64,000 bases of DNA from Candidatus Aenigmatarchaeota archaeon (GCA_039091735.1 JAWCLB010000001.1:721-64720); one strand, 5' to 3'. Counted from the stretch's first letter, positions 1 to 10,849 are shown. Notes: generated by a model from the sequence alone, not told the origin. Translations and numbers: made by a program.

Positions 1-2
1 TC

Positions 3-344
3 AGGTGGATAAGGGAGAATTTGGGCAGAGAAACCCCACTCCATTTTTCAGCATACTATCCTGCATATAAGATGACCGCTCCACCAACACCTGTAGAAAC
101 CCTTGAAAAAGCTGCTAAAATAGCAGATGAATATCTAGATTATGTTTATATAGGAAATGTTAGGCATGAAAGAGAAAATACCTTTTGTCCTAAATGCAAG
201 ACAATGCTCATAAAGAGGATTGGCTTTTTTGTTGAGAAATTTTATCTGAAAAGAAAAAATTCTAAATTCCTTTGCCCTAATTGTGGGCATAGTATACCAA
301 TAGCAGGAGCTAAATGGATAGAAAAGTTAAGCAAAGCGCACTAA
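3..344 (+). CDS. AmmeMemoRadiSam-type / PFL-activating-like radical SAM protein, C-terminal part (5' end outside the window)
   Basis: PLHFSAYYPAYKM, TPVETLEKA, YVYIGNV and CPKC..CPNCG match the C-terminus of this family; the frame is open to the window start. Confidence 0.75.
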   Translation, partial: RWIRENLGRETPLHFSAYYPAYKMTAPPTPVETLEKAAKIADEYLDYVYIGNVRHERENTFCPKCKTMLIKRIGFFVEKFYLKRKNSKFLCPNCGHSIPIAGAKWIEKLSKAH

Positions 345-788
345 ATTAAAAATACCAAGGGAAAGTATGCTAACTATTGCTCCTGCTATAATTACCCCTA
401 AGAGAATTGCCAAAAAACTTTTCTTCCACTCAAGCCTAAGAAGCCATGCCAAAACACTTCCTGTCCATGCACCTGTGAATGGAAATGGCACTGCCACAAA
501 TAATGCAAGACCTATTATGCCGTACTTTTCTATTTTATCCTTGCTTTTACTGATTCTTTTCAGGTTTTTTTGCACTATTTCTATCTTATAAAGGAATTTA
601 TCATAAAATAAATTCAAACCAAAATAAACAGGAAAGAAAACCAAAGAATTGAAAATAATGGCTGTAATAATTACAAAAAGGGGATTAAGACCCAATACCA
701 TTCCTAAGGGAATTCCTCCCCTAAGCTCGCTTATCGGAAGAATGCTAGCAATTATTATTGCGATGGTTTCATTGATTCCATTGGTCAT
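327..788 (-). CDS. Small multidrug export-type membrane protein (COG2426-like)
   Basis: LPISELRGGIP and FVAVPFPFTGAWTG motifs, several hydrophobic helices. Confidence 0.85.
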   Translation of the reverse strand: MTNGINETIAIIIASILPISELRGGIPLGMVLGLNPLFVIITAIIFNSLVFFPVYFGLNLFYDKFLYKIEIVQKNLKRISKSKDKIEKYGIIGLALFVAVPFPFTGAWTGSVLAWLLRLEWKKSFLAILLGVIIAGAIVSILSLGIFNLVRFA

Positions 789-795
789 ACAATCC

Positions 796-1254
796 CTAAA
801 CGAAATTAATTTTATAATATATTATATTTTTCATGTTTTTATCAAATAAGAATTCGGCATTGAATCTCTTTCCCTCCAAAACATATGGAAGCCAAATTGC
901 ATCATCTGGCCACATCTCGTGATAGGGTATGGAATCTATAGAAAACCATCTCAATTCTCCCTCTTCTCCTTGTTTGACCTCTCCCTCAAAATCCCTTGCT
1001 GAAAAAAGATAAACTATGCCAAAGATGTTTTCATAACTACCTTGATAAAAGATTATACTTCCGTGCATTTTAGGATCTTTTATTTTTATTCCTGCTTCTT
1101 CGTTCACTTCTCTTAGCACATTATCTATTGGACTTTCTCCCCTTTCTATCTTTCCTCCAAGGCCATTCCACTTTCCCTTGCTAACACCCCTGCTTGCTCT
1201 TTTCAGCAGGATCTTATCTTCGCTTATTATCTCACAAAGGGTTGCATAAAACAT
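796..1254 (-). CDS. Nudix hydrolase, 8-oxo-dGTP diphosphatase (MTH1-like)
   Basis: Nudix box GGKIERGESPIDNVLREVNEEAG; WNGLGG and IPYHEMWPDD motifs. Confidence 0.85.
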   Translation of the reverse strand: MFYATLCEIISEDKILLKRASRGVSKGKWNGLGGKIERGESPIDNVLREVNEEAGIKIKDPKMHGSIIFYQGSYENIFGIVYLFSARDFEGEVKQGEEGELRWFSIDSIPYHEMWPDDAIWLPYVLEGKRFNAEFLFDKNMKNIIYYKINFV

Positions 1255-1255
1255 A

Positions 1256-1351
1256 TGGACCGAGGGGGATTCTCGTAGTTTTTATTTCTTAAATTCGAAC
1301 CCCCAACCTCCGCCCTGCCGAAGCGGTGTCCTACCATTAGACTATCGGCCC
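1256..1351 (-). tRNA. tRNA-Ala(GGC) with a 24-nt T-loop intron (59/60; + coordinates 1270-1293)
   Basis: Reverse complement folds as GGGCCGA/TCGGTCC-A with G3:U70 and A73; anticodon arm CCGCT-TCGGCAG-GGCGG; T arm GGGGG-TTCGAA[intron]T-CCCCC; central helix TTCG/CGAG. Confidence 0.9.
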
Positions 1352-1768
1352 TTTTTATCTTCATTCTTATCACAAATTTTAAATAGTATAAAAAAGAGCT
1401 ATAGAAAATATTTTGCTGAAACCTCTTATTTTATAGTAAATAATATCTAGTGGATAATTTCTACAGCAAATTGTTCTTTAACATAGCCAGAAAAATAAGT
1501 AAATAGATGTTAGTTCTTAACGAAATAACAAAGATCATTTGGGAATATGATTAGCAAGATGAAAAAATTATATGAAAAGCGCGCATCTTGATATAGATGC
1601 TTATGAATTTTAAAAAACAACAAAAGAATGGATAGATGCTATAATATTGGCTTGCAGAGTTTTATCCTGAAAGACAAAAATTAATACTAATTTATCCCCT
1701 AGTTGAAAATAGCATAATTAATTGTTGATACTATAAAAAGTATTAGAAAGGTTTTTGCTTGTTAAATG

Positions 1769-2236
1769 TTACTTAAACCTTTTAATAACCTGTTTTATAT
1801 TTCCTATTTTATTTTTTATGATGATTGCCTTTATCTCGTCGCTAAGTTCTTTTTCATCGACAAGCTTATCTACTTTATTGAATAGTGGTCTTACCTTCTG
1901 AAATGCAAAGATAGCACTTGCCAGTGCATCCCTTTCATGCCTATTTTTAATTCTTTGTTTGCATCTTCTCACAAGTCTATTTTTCTTTTTTAGGCTCATG
2001 CTCTTATTGGGTGTTATCAGTTTTGCATTAAATATGCTCGCTAATTTTTTGGCGATTTGCGGTGGTCGATGGACATCACAGCTCATAATTATCGGTTCGC
2101 CTTTTTCTGTTATAAATTCGATTATCTCATCTTTTGAAAAGTTTCTTTTGCTTTTTACTTCAACAAAATCCAGCTTTAAATCAATCAAAGAAATCGCAGT
2201 AACAACACCAGGATCAATACCCACTATGAGCTTCAA
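1769..2236 (-). CDS. DUF460 family protein (RNase H-like fold)
   Basis: LIVGIDPG N-terminus and HERDALASA motif; TTG start after GGTGA. Confidence 0.8.
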   Translation of the reverse strand: MKLIVGIDPGVVTAISLIDLKLDFVEVKSKRNFSKDEIIEFITEKGEPIIMSCDVHRPPQIAKKLASIFNAKLITPNKSMSLKKKNRLVRRCKQRIKNRHERDALASAIFAFQKVRPLFNKVDKLVDEKELSDEIKAIIIKNKIGNIKQVIKRFK

Positions 2237-2240
2237 CCTA

Positions 2241-2639
2241 TCACCTTATGCCCTTTATTATCGATTTATTCCCAAACTTCCATACGATAACCTCTCCTCC
2301 TTCTATTATTTTATCTTTAAACTCATCTGGTATACTTACTTCATAAGTAGAGTAGTCCTCCATATCCATCAGTTGAGCACTGTTACCAGTTATAGAGAGA
2401 ACCTGTGCATTTTTTTTCTGGATTATTGGAACTTTTAAATTATGATCAGCTGGTTTGACAATAACCCTTTTTTGACCATCAAATATTCCAATACCCTCTA
2501 ATCTTGCTTTAGCCTCTCCGTGTTTTCCTGGTTTTGAAATTTTTAAATCTGTGACAGTAGATGGTTCATCTTCGATTAAAACAAAAGAACCTGGTCTACA
2601 CTTCTTGATTTCCAATAGTTTAGTTTCTGTAGGCTCCAT
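2241..2639 (-). CDS. eif5a: Translation factor aIF5A
   Basis: Hypusine loop SKPGKHGEAKAR; QLMDMEDY. Confidence 0.95.
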   Translation of the reverse strand: MEPTETKLLEIKKCRPGSFVLIEDEPSTVTDLKISKPGKHGEAKARLEGIGIFDGQKRVIVKPADHNLKVPIIQKKNAQVLSITGNSAQLMDMEDYSTYEVSIPDEFKDKIIEGGEVIVWKFGNKSIIKGIR

Positions 2640-2655
2640 ATAATCACATATCAAT

Positions 2656-4053
2656 TTAAATTTTTAATCTGTTTTTTAGTCCATCTCCAGCTATTATACC
2701 GAATACAGCTGCACCAACAATTCCCCTACTCCATCCGACACCATCGCCAGCAACATAAATGTTTGTGTGCCCATCTTTTTCAGATAATGCCTCCATGCTT
2801 TTGTCTATAACCTCTATTCTCCTTGGATAAAATTTAACTTCAGGAGCATATAAAAAGGTTTCCCTCTCTGGTAATGATATGAGCTTATCTATCTTTTTAA
2901 GCCCGTTCTTTATATCTTCTATAATCCTTCCTGGCATCGCAAGGGTTATATCTCCTGGGACAACATCTTTGAGTGTAGGTTCACCAGAGCTTTCATTGTA
3001 AATTCTTTCCCATGTGCTTCTTCTACCTAACTTTAAATCAATTAATCTCTGTATTATTGGTTTCCTTTCTCCAATTGTGTTTGCCTGTTTCAAAATAGTC
3101 ATTCCATATTCCAGTGTATCAGAAAATGGTTTTGTCAGCTCTATTGTAGCTAAAAGTGCAAAATTAGTGTACATGGACTTCTTTCTACCCTCTTTAAAGC
3201 AATGCCCATTAACATTGATATATCCATTTATTCTTTCTGTTATTACAAACCCTTGCCTATTTGTACAAAATGTTCTGACTTTATCCCTATGTGGGTCTGG
3301 CCAACATATCAGTTTTGGGTCATATATTTCATCTGGTATAGCATCAACAAATATATCATAAGGCAATTCAACCCTAACGCCAACGTCTAATGGCAAATGC
3401 CTTGTCTTAAGACAAAGTTTTTTGGCTTGTTCTGTTGTCCATGTTGACATGCTTCTTCCTGGACAAAGAATTATAAACTTTGTTTTTATATCACCTTTCG
3501 TAGAGTTCAAAACAAAGCTGTCTTCTTTATTTATATCTTTTATTTCTGTTTCTGTCAAGAAGCTGATGCCATTATCTTCTATATCTTTTTTCATAGCCTT
3601 TATTATCTTTGCTGCATTTTCTGTTCCCACATGTTTTTGTACTGATTTTAGAAATATTATGTCGTGTTTTCTTGCTTCTGTAACAAGTCTTGTTGCAGAC
3701 TCTCCGCCATCGCTCCCCTCTTTTGGAACTCCATATGATATAAAAATCTCGTCACATCTCTTGATGTATTTTTCAAGCTCCTGAATTGAAAAGATATTGT
3801 CTTTGTACATTCCTATATGTGGTGATAGATTCAACTTAAAATCAGTGAATGCACCAGCACCGCCTACACCATGGGTTATGTCACATGGACTGCAACCAAT
3901 GCAATCTCCATTGTTATGGACATTGCATCTCCTCTTTTCAATGTCTTTTCCCATCTCAACTACAACTATATCTAATTTAGAATTAGCAAGAGTTTTTGCA
4001 GCGAATAGGCCTGCTGGTCCTGCGCCAATTATTACAACATCAAATTTATCCAT
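2656..4053 (-). CDS. NAD(P)/FAD-dependent oxidoreductase (COG2509-like)
   Basis: IIGAGPAG Rossmann motif, Cys cluster, GVGGAGAFTD, RTFCTN, YAPEVKFY, VAGDG. Confidence 0.85.
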   Translation of the reverse strand: MDKFDVVIIGAGPAGLFAAKTLANSKLDIVVVEMGKDIEKRRCNVHNNGDCIGCSPCDITHGVGGAGAFTDFKLNLSPHIGMYKDNIFSIQELEKYIKRCDEIFISYGVPKEGSDGGESATRLVTEARKHDIIFLKSVQKHVGTENAAKIIKAMKKDIEDNGISFLTETEIKDINKEDSFVLNSTKGDIKTKFIILCPGRSMSTWTTEQAKKLCLKTRHLPLDVGVRVELPYDIFVDAIPDEIYDPKLICWPDPHRDKVRTFCTNRQGFVITERINGYINVNGHCFKEGRKKSMYTNFALLATIELTKPFSDTLEYGMTILKQANTIGERKPIIQRLIDLKLGRRSTWERIYNESSGEPTLKDVVPGDITLAMPGRIIEDIKNGLKKIDKLISLPERETFLYAPEVKFYPRRIEVIDKSMEALSEKDGHTNIYVAGDGVGWSRGIVGAAVFGIIAGDGLKNRLKI

Positions 4054-4070
4054 TCCAGAATTTATTAGAA

Positions 4071-5339
4071 TTAAGACTTTTTATTTTTATTTAGCATGTC
4101 TATTATCTCTTTAGCCCTTGTTACATTAATATTTTCCTCTTTTATCATAATCTCGGCTACCTTATCTACAATCTCGCTGGTTGCGCCTGCCATTATTGCA
4201 ATGTTCTTTGCATGAAGCTTCATATGTCCCTTTTGTATACCTTCTGTCGATAGGGCACGCAAAGCAGCAAAGTTCTGAGCAAGGCCAACGCTTGCCATAA
4301 CCTCTGCAAGCTCTCTTGCACTCTTCACACCCAATATCTTTATAGCTATCTTTGCTATTGGGTTTGTCCTTGTTGCTCCACCAACTATGGCAGCAGCAAT
4401 AGGAAGTTCTATCTCTCCTATCAAATCTCCTTCATTGTCTTTTTCGTATTTAGTTAATGGAAGATATTTTCCAGAAAGCGATGCATAAGTATGAGCACCT
4501 GCCTCTATTGCACGAAAGTCGTTACCTGTTGCTATTGCAACTGCATCTATCCCATTCATTATTCCTTTGTTGTGAGTTGCGCATCTATAAGCATCTGCTA
4601 ATGCAAAGGCATATGCATCTAGAACTCCCTCTACAACATCTTCACCAACAACATCTCTTCTCCATACAGCCTTTGCTTTTGCTATCCTCTTTGTTGCAAG
4701 ATTTGACACTATTCTCAGTCTTACTTTGCCATGAGTTATTTCGGCAATCCTAGGAGCAATAGCCTCGCACATTGTATTAACTATGTTTGCACCCATCGCA
4801 TCTCTTACATCAACTATTAGATGAATAATGATCATTCTCCCTCTTATAGTATCCAAACTCTTTACTTCTATATCTCTTGCTCCACCGCCATAGGTTATTA
4901 ATCTTGGGTCTTTCTCATTAGCAATTCTCAGAAGCTCTTCTTTATTTTCTATTATCCTGCTTTTTGCCTCATCTCTATTCTTAACATTAACAACTTGGAT
5001 TTGACCTATCATCAATTGGTCTTTAGATTCTGCCGTGAATCCTCCACCAGGTCTCGCAAGCTTTGCAGCATAGCTTGCAGCTGCAACAACGCTCGGCTCC
5101 TCTAAAGCCATTGGCACAAGATAATCTTTATTATTAATCAAAAAATTTGTAGCTATTCCTATTGGCAATTGCTGTGTACCTATAACATTCTCTATCATTC
5201 GATTTGCTGTCTCGATATCTAAAGCTCCTGTTCTCTTTAGTATTTTTACTTCCTCTTCGTTCAAATTTGCAAACTCTTTAACAATTTTTATTCTTTCTTC
5301 TACTGACAACTTGTAAAAGCCTGTAATATCAGACCCCAT
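4071..5339 (-). CDS. mvaA: HMG-CoA reductase, class II (bacterial/degradative type)
   Basis: ENVIG, PMALEEPSVVAAAS, DAMGANIVN, THNKGIMNG, GIQKGHMKLHA motifs. Confidence 0.95.
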   Translation of the reverse strand: MGSDITGFYKLSVEERIKIVKEFANLNEEEVKILKRTGALDIETANRMIENVIGTQQLPIGIATNFLINNKDYLVPMALEEPSVVAAASYAAKLARPGGGFTAESKDQLMIGQIQVVNVKNRDEAKSRIIENKEELLRIANEKDPRLITYGGGARDIEVKSLDTIRGRMIIIHLIVDVRDAMGANIVNTMCEAIAPRIAEITHGKVRLRIVSNLATKRIAKAKAVWRRDVVGEDVVEGVLDAYAFALADAYRCATHNKGIMNGIDAVAIATGNDFRAIEAGAHTYASLSGKYLPLTKYEKDNEGDLIGEIELPIAAAIVGGATRTNPIAKIAIKILGVKSARELAEVMASVGLAQNFAALRALSTEGIQKGHMKLHAKNIAIMAGATSEIVDKVAEIMIKEENINVTRAKEIIDMLNKNKKS

Positions 5340-5760
5340 GATAAATAAAGAAAACGAGGTAAATTTAAATGCTTAACATCATAATTAAGATAATTTGTGA
5401 AGTAAATTTTTTGGGAAAATTCACAAGGTTTTCATTATTTACTATTATAATATTTTTATAATAAAAATTCTGAAGCAAAGAGATAAATAAATCATTTATT
5501 TTAGCAAATTAAATTTTGATGCTGTAATTAATGAAGCCCTAAAATACAAATCATAATTCTTGCAGATAACGAAAGAATTCTAAGAAGATAACAAAATTGT
5601 ATTAAATGATTGGTTTATAATGTTTGTTTAAATAGTAGATATCTCTTAAAAATGTGGCTACATACGATAATTACATGAAAACGCTCCTTGCAACCACATC
5701 ACAATGTTGTACGCATTCAAAAGAACAATTTTAAATATCTTCTAATATTACAGAAATCTT

Positions 5761-7332
5761 ATGAAAATTGTAACATGTGCATTGCCCTATGCAAATGGAG
5801 AACTGCATATAGGACATATCGCATCTACGTATCTACCTGCTGACATTTTTGTGAGATTTCTTAGGGCAAAAGGAGAGAAGGTGATATTTGCCTGTGCAAC
5901 AGATGACTTTGGTACACCTATTTTAATTAAGGCTGAGGAGGAGAAAAAAACGCCAGAGGATTATGTTGCTTATTGGCACAAGAGAGATGAAGAAGATTTC
6001 ACAAAGCTTGGCATAATTTATGATATCTTTTATAAAACAAGCTCAAAAGAAAACATCGAGCTTGCTAGACACTTTTTTGATGTCTTGCATAAGAATGGCT
6101 TCATTTATAAAAGGGTTATCCAGCAACAATATTGCAACAGATGCAAAAGATTCCTTCCGGACAGATATATCAAAGGAATTTGCCCTTATTGCAATGCCAA
6201 AAATCAATATTCAGACAGTTGTGAAAGCTGCGGAAGGGTTATTCCAGCAGGCGAGATAAGAGAACCAAGATGTGCAGTATGTGGTGCAGAACCAATAACA
6301 AAAACAAGTGAGCATTATTTCTTTAAACTTTCTGCATTTTCTAATGATTTGAGAGCTTGGTTAGAAAACAACAAAAACATTCAAGACGACGTTAAAAAAT
6401 ATGTATTAGGATGGATTGATGAGGGGCTTAAAGACTGGGATATCACAAGAGATATCTCATGGGGTGTTCCAATAGATAATGGAAAGGTGCTATATGGTTG
6501 GTTTGATAATCATCTCTGCTACATCTCAACCGTATTAAAATATTGTTCTGACAACGGACTTAACGGAAGAGAAATCTGGAACTCATCGATAATTTACCAT
6601 TTCATTGGAAAGGATATAATATATCATCATTACTTGTTTCTCCCAGCAATGCGTTTGGGTGTGAAGGAATTCAAGTTGCCGGATTTCATCCCAGTAAGAG
6701 GGCATCTCTTGTACGAGGGAAAAAAGATCTCAAAGAGTAGAGGGTGGTACATAGGTGTTAGAGATTTTTTGAATAAATTTCCACCAGATTATCTAAGATA
6801 TTATCTCTCTATTATTACACAATATAGCCAAGGGGATGCAAACTTTGACTGGAAATCATTTAAAGAAAGAATAAATGATGAGCTGGTTGCAAACATGGGT
6901 AACTTTGTTTATAGGGCTCTAAGTTTTATCTGGACAAAAAGTGACAAAAGGGTACCAGAACCAGAAAACTATGACGAATTGGACAAGCACTTCGAAAAGG
7001 AGATTATATCAATTGCTAATAATGTCGCTAAAGACATAGAAAAATTGGAATTAGATAAGGGTCTGAGAAAGATTATGGAATTCTCATCTCTCTGCAACCA
7101 ATATTTCCAGCAAAAAAGGCCTTGGCACGAAGACCCAAAAACATGTCTATATCTAAGTGCAAATGCTGTAAGGGTTTTAGCTGTTATAATTGAACCATAT
7201 CTGCCATTCTCTTCTGAAAGATTGTTCAGGCAATTGAATTTGAGCAAGCAAGGCTGGATAACAGCGAATAAGCTTTTAGTTAAGCCAAATCATGAAATAA
7301 ATAAACCCGAGCCATTATTCGAAAAGGTGTAA
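5761..7332 (+). CDS. metG: Methionine--tRNA ligase (no C-terminal tRNA-binding appendix)
   Basis: ALPYANGELHIGH, zinc knuckles, DWDITRD..WGVP, KISKS. Confidence 0.95.
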   Translation: MKIVTCALPYANGELHIGHIASTYLPADIFVRFLRAKGEKVIFACATDDFGTPILIKAEEEKKTPEDYVAYWHKRDEEDFTKLGIIYDIFYKTSSKENIELARHFFDVLHKNGFIYKRVIQQQYCNRCKRFLPDRYIKGICPYCNAKNQYSDSCESCGRVIPAGEIREPRCAVCGAEPITKTSEHYFFKLSAFSNDLRAWLENNKNIQDDVKKYVLGWIDEGLKDWDITRDISWGVPIDNGKVLYGWFDNHLCYISTVLKYCSDNGLNGREIWNSSIIYHFIGKDIIYHHYLFLPAMRLGVKEFKLPDFIPVRGHLLYEGKKISKSRGWYIGVRDFLNKFPPDYLRYYLSIITQYSQGDANFDWKSFKERINDELVANMGNFVYRALSFIWTKSDKRVPEPENYDELDKHFEKEIISIANNVAKDIEKLELDKGLRKIMEFSSLCNQYFQQKRPWHEDPKTCLYLSANAVRVLAVIIEPYLPFSSERLFRQLNLSKQGWITANKLLVKPNHEINKPEPLFEKV

Positions 7333-7333
7333 A

Positions 7334-7717
7334 CTACTTGAAGATTTTATCAAATTCTATGCCGTTTTTCTCATAAAATTTCTTTCCTATCCTACCGCGA
7401 TTTTTTATCACATCTTCCAGCGGTATAAACCTCCATCCCTTTCGTGACATTCTCCATGCTATATATACCATGGCTTTTGCTCTTTTCTTCCATGCCTTTA
7501 ACTGACCTATCTGATCTTTATCAACTGTAAAGCCATCTTCTCTTGATTTACATTCTATAACAATTAGCCTTCTGTTTTTTACTGCAATTATGTCTGGTGA
7601 TGGCAGGCCTATTCTTCCTGAGCGCGGGCTTCTAATGGCTAAGAATCCACTTTTGTAAATTTTATGGAGCAGCTCCCACTCTGCCCTGTAGCCTTTTTTA
7701 TATTTTGAAATTGTCAT
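7334..7717 (-). CDS. hjc: Holliday junction resolvase Hjc
   Basis: YKKGYRAEWEL, RSPRSG, PDIIA, IECKS. Confidence 0.9.
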   Translation of the reverse strand: MTISKYKKGYRAEWELLHKIYKSGFLAIRSPRSGRIGLPSPDIIAVKNRRLIVIECKSREDGFTVDKDQIGQLKAWKKRAKAMVYIAWRMSRKGWRFIPLEDVIKNRGRIGKKFYEKNGIEFDKIFK

Positions 7718-8023
7718 CTCTATACACTTATTGTAAGCAACTCATAATCTTAATTTATTGTTTAAGGTGTATTTATAAGATTATAGTCAAAGACCTTCTT
7801 TATAGCTCGTTATCCACAATATTTCTCGTATTTGCAAAACTTATAGATTGTATGATAAACAAATGTGACAGCATATGAATACTGACTCTCATATTTGTTA
7901 GATGCTACTCACAAATAGCTTTTGAATTGATTAATTCAATATCTAAAAGTTATAAATATGTCATCGACAATTTTAGAATAGCACTAAATAGATTTATAAA
8001 TCGAAGGCAATAAGTGAATTTAT

Positions 8024-8554
8024 ATGAGAATGACAGCTCTTGTAAAAGATGTGATGAGAAAGCGTATCAAAACTATAAAGGATACTGCGTCTGTAAAAGC
8101 TGCTGCAAGGATAATGGAGAAGAATAGAATAGGTTCTGTTGTGGTATTGAAGAAAAATAAGATAGTTGGAATTGTAACAAAGACTGATATAGTCTACAAG
8201 CACGTGGCCAAAGGAAAAAGAACACTAAAGGAAATTATGACAAAAAGGCCAATAAAAATCTCTTCAAACAAAACCATAGAAGAAGCAGCAAAAACCATGA
8301 CTGAAAATAATATAGAAAAGCTCTTGGTTTTTGATAAGGGCAAGGTAGTTGGTATAATCTCTATTACAGACATACTAAAGGTTGAACCTGCGTTGTTTAC
8401 AATCCTGCTTGAAAGATTAAGACAAAAGGGGCCTGTACTTGAGAGTCAAGAGCCAATGTTTGGGGTTTGTGAAGCTTGTGGAAATTATTCTGATGAGCTT
8501 CGCGAAGTTAATGGGTTGTGGGTTTGCCCTTCTTGTGCAGAATCTAAAGAATAA
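8024..8554 (+). CDS. CBS-pair protein with C-terminal zinc ribbon
   Basis: Two CBS repeats (IVGIVTKTDI, VVGIISITDI) and CEACG..CPSC. Confidence 0.85.
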   Translation: MRMTALVKDVMRKRIKTIKDTASVKAAARIMEKNRIGSVVVLKKNKIVGIVTKTDIVYKHVAKGKRTLKEIMTKRPIKISSNKTIEEAAKTMTENNIEKLLVFDKGKVVGIISITDILKVEPALFTILLERLRQKGPVLESQEPMFGVCEACGNYSDELREVNGLWVCPSCAESKE

Positions 8555-8579
8555 ATAAAAATCTTCTTAATATATATTC

Positions 8580-8990
8580 ATGGTAGAAACAATAGAAGAA
8601 ACCTTCTATGAAAAAATGCTTCATAAAAAGTCTGAAAATTTTGTTTCTGTTGCCTTTGAAATCAAAAATTTTATATCAAACTTAGGAAAAATAATCGAAA
8701 AAGAAAACAGAATGTTTGGGTCTGGAAGTGGAAGTGCATTGCACCTATCTTTTGATGTAGTTAAGGATATAGATGGTGTTTCATGTATAATTTTTTCTTT
8801 CGATATTTTTGGTGAAGAAAAAAGACTAAAGATAAATATTAGAGGATATTTGAGGACAGAATTGAAACCCGAAAGATTGTTTAACGAATACTATAGTGAA
8901 GTGCTTTATCCAAGTGTCTCACTAAGAGTAAAGGATGAGATAAAAAGAATTGGCAAAGAAATAGAAAAAAAGATAGAAAGTCTTAGCTAA
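8580..8990 (+). CDS. Hypothetical protein
   Basis: 136-aa ORF with host-like composition. Confidence 0.65.
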   Translation: MVETIEETFYEKMLHKKSENFVSVAFEIKNFISNLGKIIEKENRMFGSGSGSALHLSFDVVKDIDGVSCIIFSFDIFGEEKRLKINIRGYLRTELKPERLFNEYYSEVLYPSVSLRVKDEIKRIGKEIEKKIESLS

Positions 8991-10800
8991 AAAAATCTTT
9001 GATATACTTCTCTGGCTCAGTCGTCACCTTAAACTCTAAATCAGCAGGAAAGGCTAATCTGTAGTTCTTCCAGAGAAAACGATTATCCATGAACACAACA
9101 ACCGCTTTGTCGCTTTCTGTTCTTATGCATCTTCCAGCACTCTGCAAAGCCCTGTGAACAGCTGGATATATATATCCGTATTCTCTTCCCTTCTTGAATC
9201 TGTAGTTATAATAATTAATTAGCGCCTTCGTTGCTAAATCTGGCTTGCTTAATGAAATTCCAACTACAATGACACATTTCAGAACACCACCAAAAAAGTC
9301 CATTCCTTCTGCAAAAGATCCTGACTGGGGTCCTAAGAGCAGTTTGTTTTTTGAGCTCACAAATTCTTTGAAAAGCTTCATTTTTTCTTCTTTATTAGAG
9401 TCTTGTCTCTCCAAGCATAGCTCCTTTTTTATGTTGTCTCTTATCAGATAATAGATTTGGTCTCTAAAATCATAGCTCGGAAAAAATGCAGCCATATTTC
9501 CGTTGACAACCTCAGAGATTCTAATAATATATTCTGCTATCTTTTCAAAATTCTCTTTGGTGCGCTTCTTATATTGTGTTGTCACATCCTGTATCACGAG
9601 ATTTAACCTGTTTTTTGGCGGAAAGCATGACTTGTATTTGTTGCAGATTGTATTGTCACCAAATCCGAGAAGATCCTTATACATAGCTGGAGGGTTAAGT
9701 GTTCCTGACATTAGAATAATACAGTGTGCATCTTGTATGTCTTTGGCGAGAATTAATGGATCAAGACAAATATAATTTAATGAGATTTTATCTTTTTCTT
9801 TTTTCAGTATTCTTGCATAACCTAAGTCTTCTCCAAGCCATAAATCCAAAAAATGCGAGATAGAGCCTATGAACGATCTCTTTCTTTCTCCCCTTACTTC
9901 AATTGCTGCCAATTCCAAATCTTCTATAAGCTCGTTGTAGTCTTTTATAAGCTCTATCTCTTTTATAAAATCATTCTTCTCTACAAAGAATTCCTCTTTA
10001 TTCCCTTTTGCCAAATTTTTTAATATTTCCTCAACTTTATTGAGATTATCTTTAATTTCATGAAACCCAAATATTGTAGCTTCATGCTGAGCTTGTCTCA
10101 AAGTATACAAAGAAATCTTGCCAGATAAGAGATTTCTTATTCTATCTGGCAAATTGTGCGCTTCATCGACTATCAAAATCGTATCTTCCAGCCTTTTCCC
10201 AATTCTGTTCAGTATGTGTTCTCTTATAAAAGAGAATATGTGATAATAATCGCACACTATCACATTACAATATTTAGCAAACTCTAACATGATCTCATAA
10301 GGGCATAGCCCCCTGCATTCCATTTTTATTTCTTCTGCGTGAAGTGGCTTTTCAAACAATATTTTATTCAATACACTTCTTGCTTTTTCTGTCAGCTCTC
10401 CTTTCTGCCTCGTATTATTATAAAAGATGCAACGCTCGTTCTTTTTGATAGATGTACAATAGTCCATGAAATCATGTGTAGAGAGCATTTCAACACCTGA
10501 GATGGGGCATAACCACTTTTTGCCTATAATATCAACTGCCCTAAAATCAACCTTAAACCTCTGTTTTATTTTCTGAAGGGTTTCTATTACAATTCTATGT
10601 TGTGAATGCTTTGGTGTTAGAAAAAATATGGTCTTCCCATTCTCTAAGGCATATTCTAGCGAAGGGGCAATTGTAGCAACGGTCTTTCCAACACCTGATG
10701 GCGCATTTGCAATCAGATTCTTTCTTTCTCTAAGGCAGACCTCTACATCTTTTATCAATTCTCTTTGCCCTTCTCTTACATGCTCAAATGGAAAAAGCAT
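8983..10800 (-). CDS. xpd: XPD/Rad3-like Fe-S ATP-dependent DNA helicase
   Basis: APSGVGKT, Fe-S cysteines, DEAH, SGTL, QSAGRCIR. Confidence 0.9.
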   Translation of the reverse strand: MLFPFEHVREGQRELIKDVEVCLRERKNLIANAPSGVGKTVATIAPSLEYALENGKTIFFLTPKHSQHRIVIETLQKIKQRFKVDFRAVDIIGKKWLCPISGVEMLSTHDFMDYCTSIKKNERCIFYNNTRQKGELTEKARSVLNKILFEKPLHAEEIKMECRGLCPYEIMLEFAKYCNVIVCDYYHIFSFIREHILNRIGKRLEDTILIVDEAHNLPDRIRNLLSGKISLYTLRQAQHEATIFGFHEIKDNLNKVEEILKNLAKGNKEEFFVEKNDFIKEIELIKDYNELIEDLELAAIEVRGERKRSFIGSISHFLDLWLGEDLGYARILKKEKDKISLNYICLDPLILAKDIQDAHCIILMSGTLNPPAMYKDLLGFGDNTICNKYKSCFPPKNRLNLVIQDVTTQYKKRTKENFEKIAEYIIRISEVVNGNMAAFFPSYDFRDQIYYLIRDNIKKELCLERQDSNKEEKMKLFKEFVSSKNKLLLGPQSGSFAEGMDFFGGVLKCVIVVGISLSKPDLATKALINYYNYRFKKGREYGYIYPAVHRALQSAGRCIRTESDKAVVVFMDNRFLWKNYRLAFPADLEFKVTTEPEKYIKDFFS

Positions 10801-10849
10801 AAATTGTGATATACTTTTTAAGATTTAAAATCACAAAATAATTTTAAAT

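Noticed and set aside
1310..1326. Reading the first tRNA as Pro(CGG)
   Set aside because: It would break the anticodon stem and put C at position 37; G3:U70 and the acceptor sequence indicate Ala.
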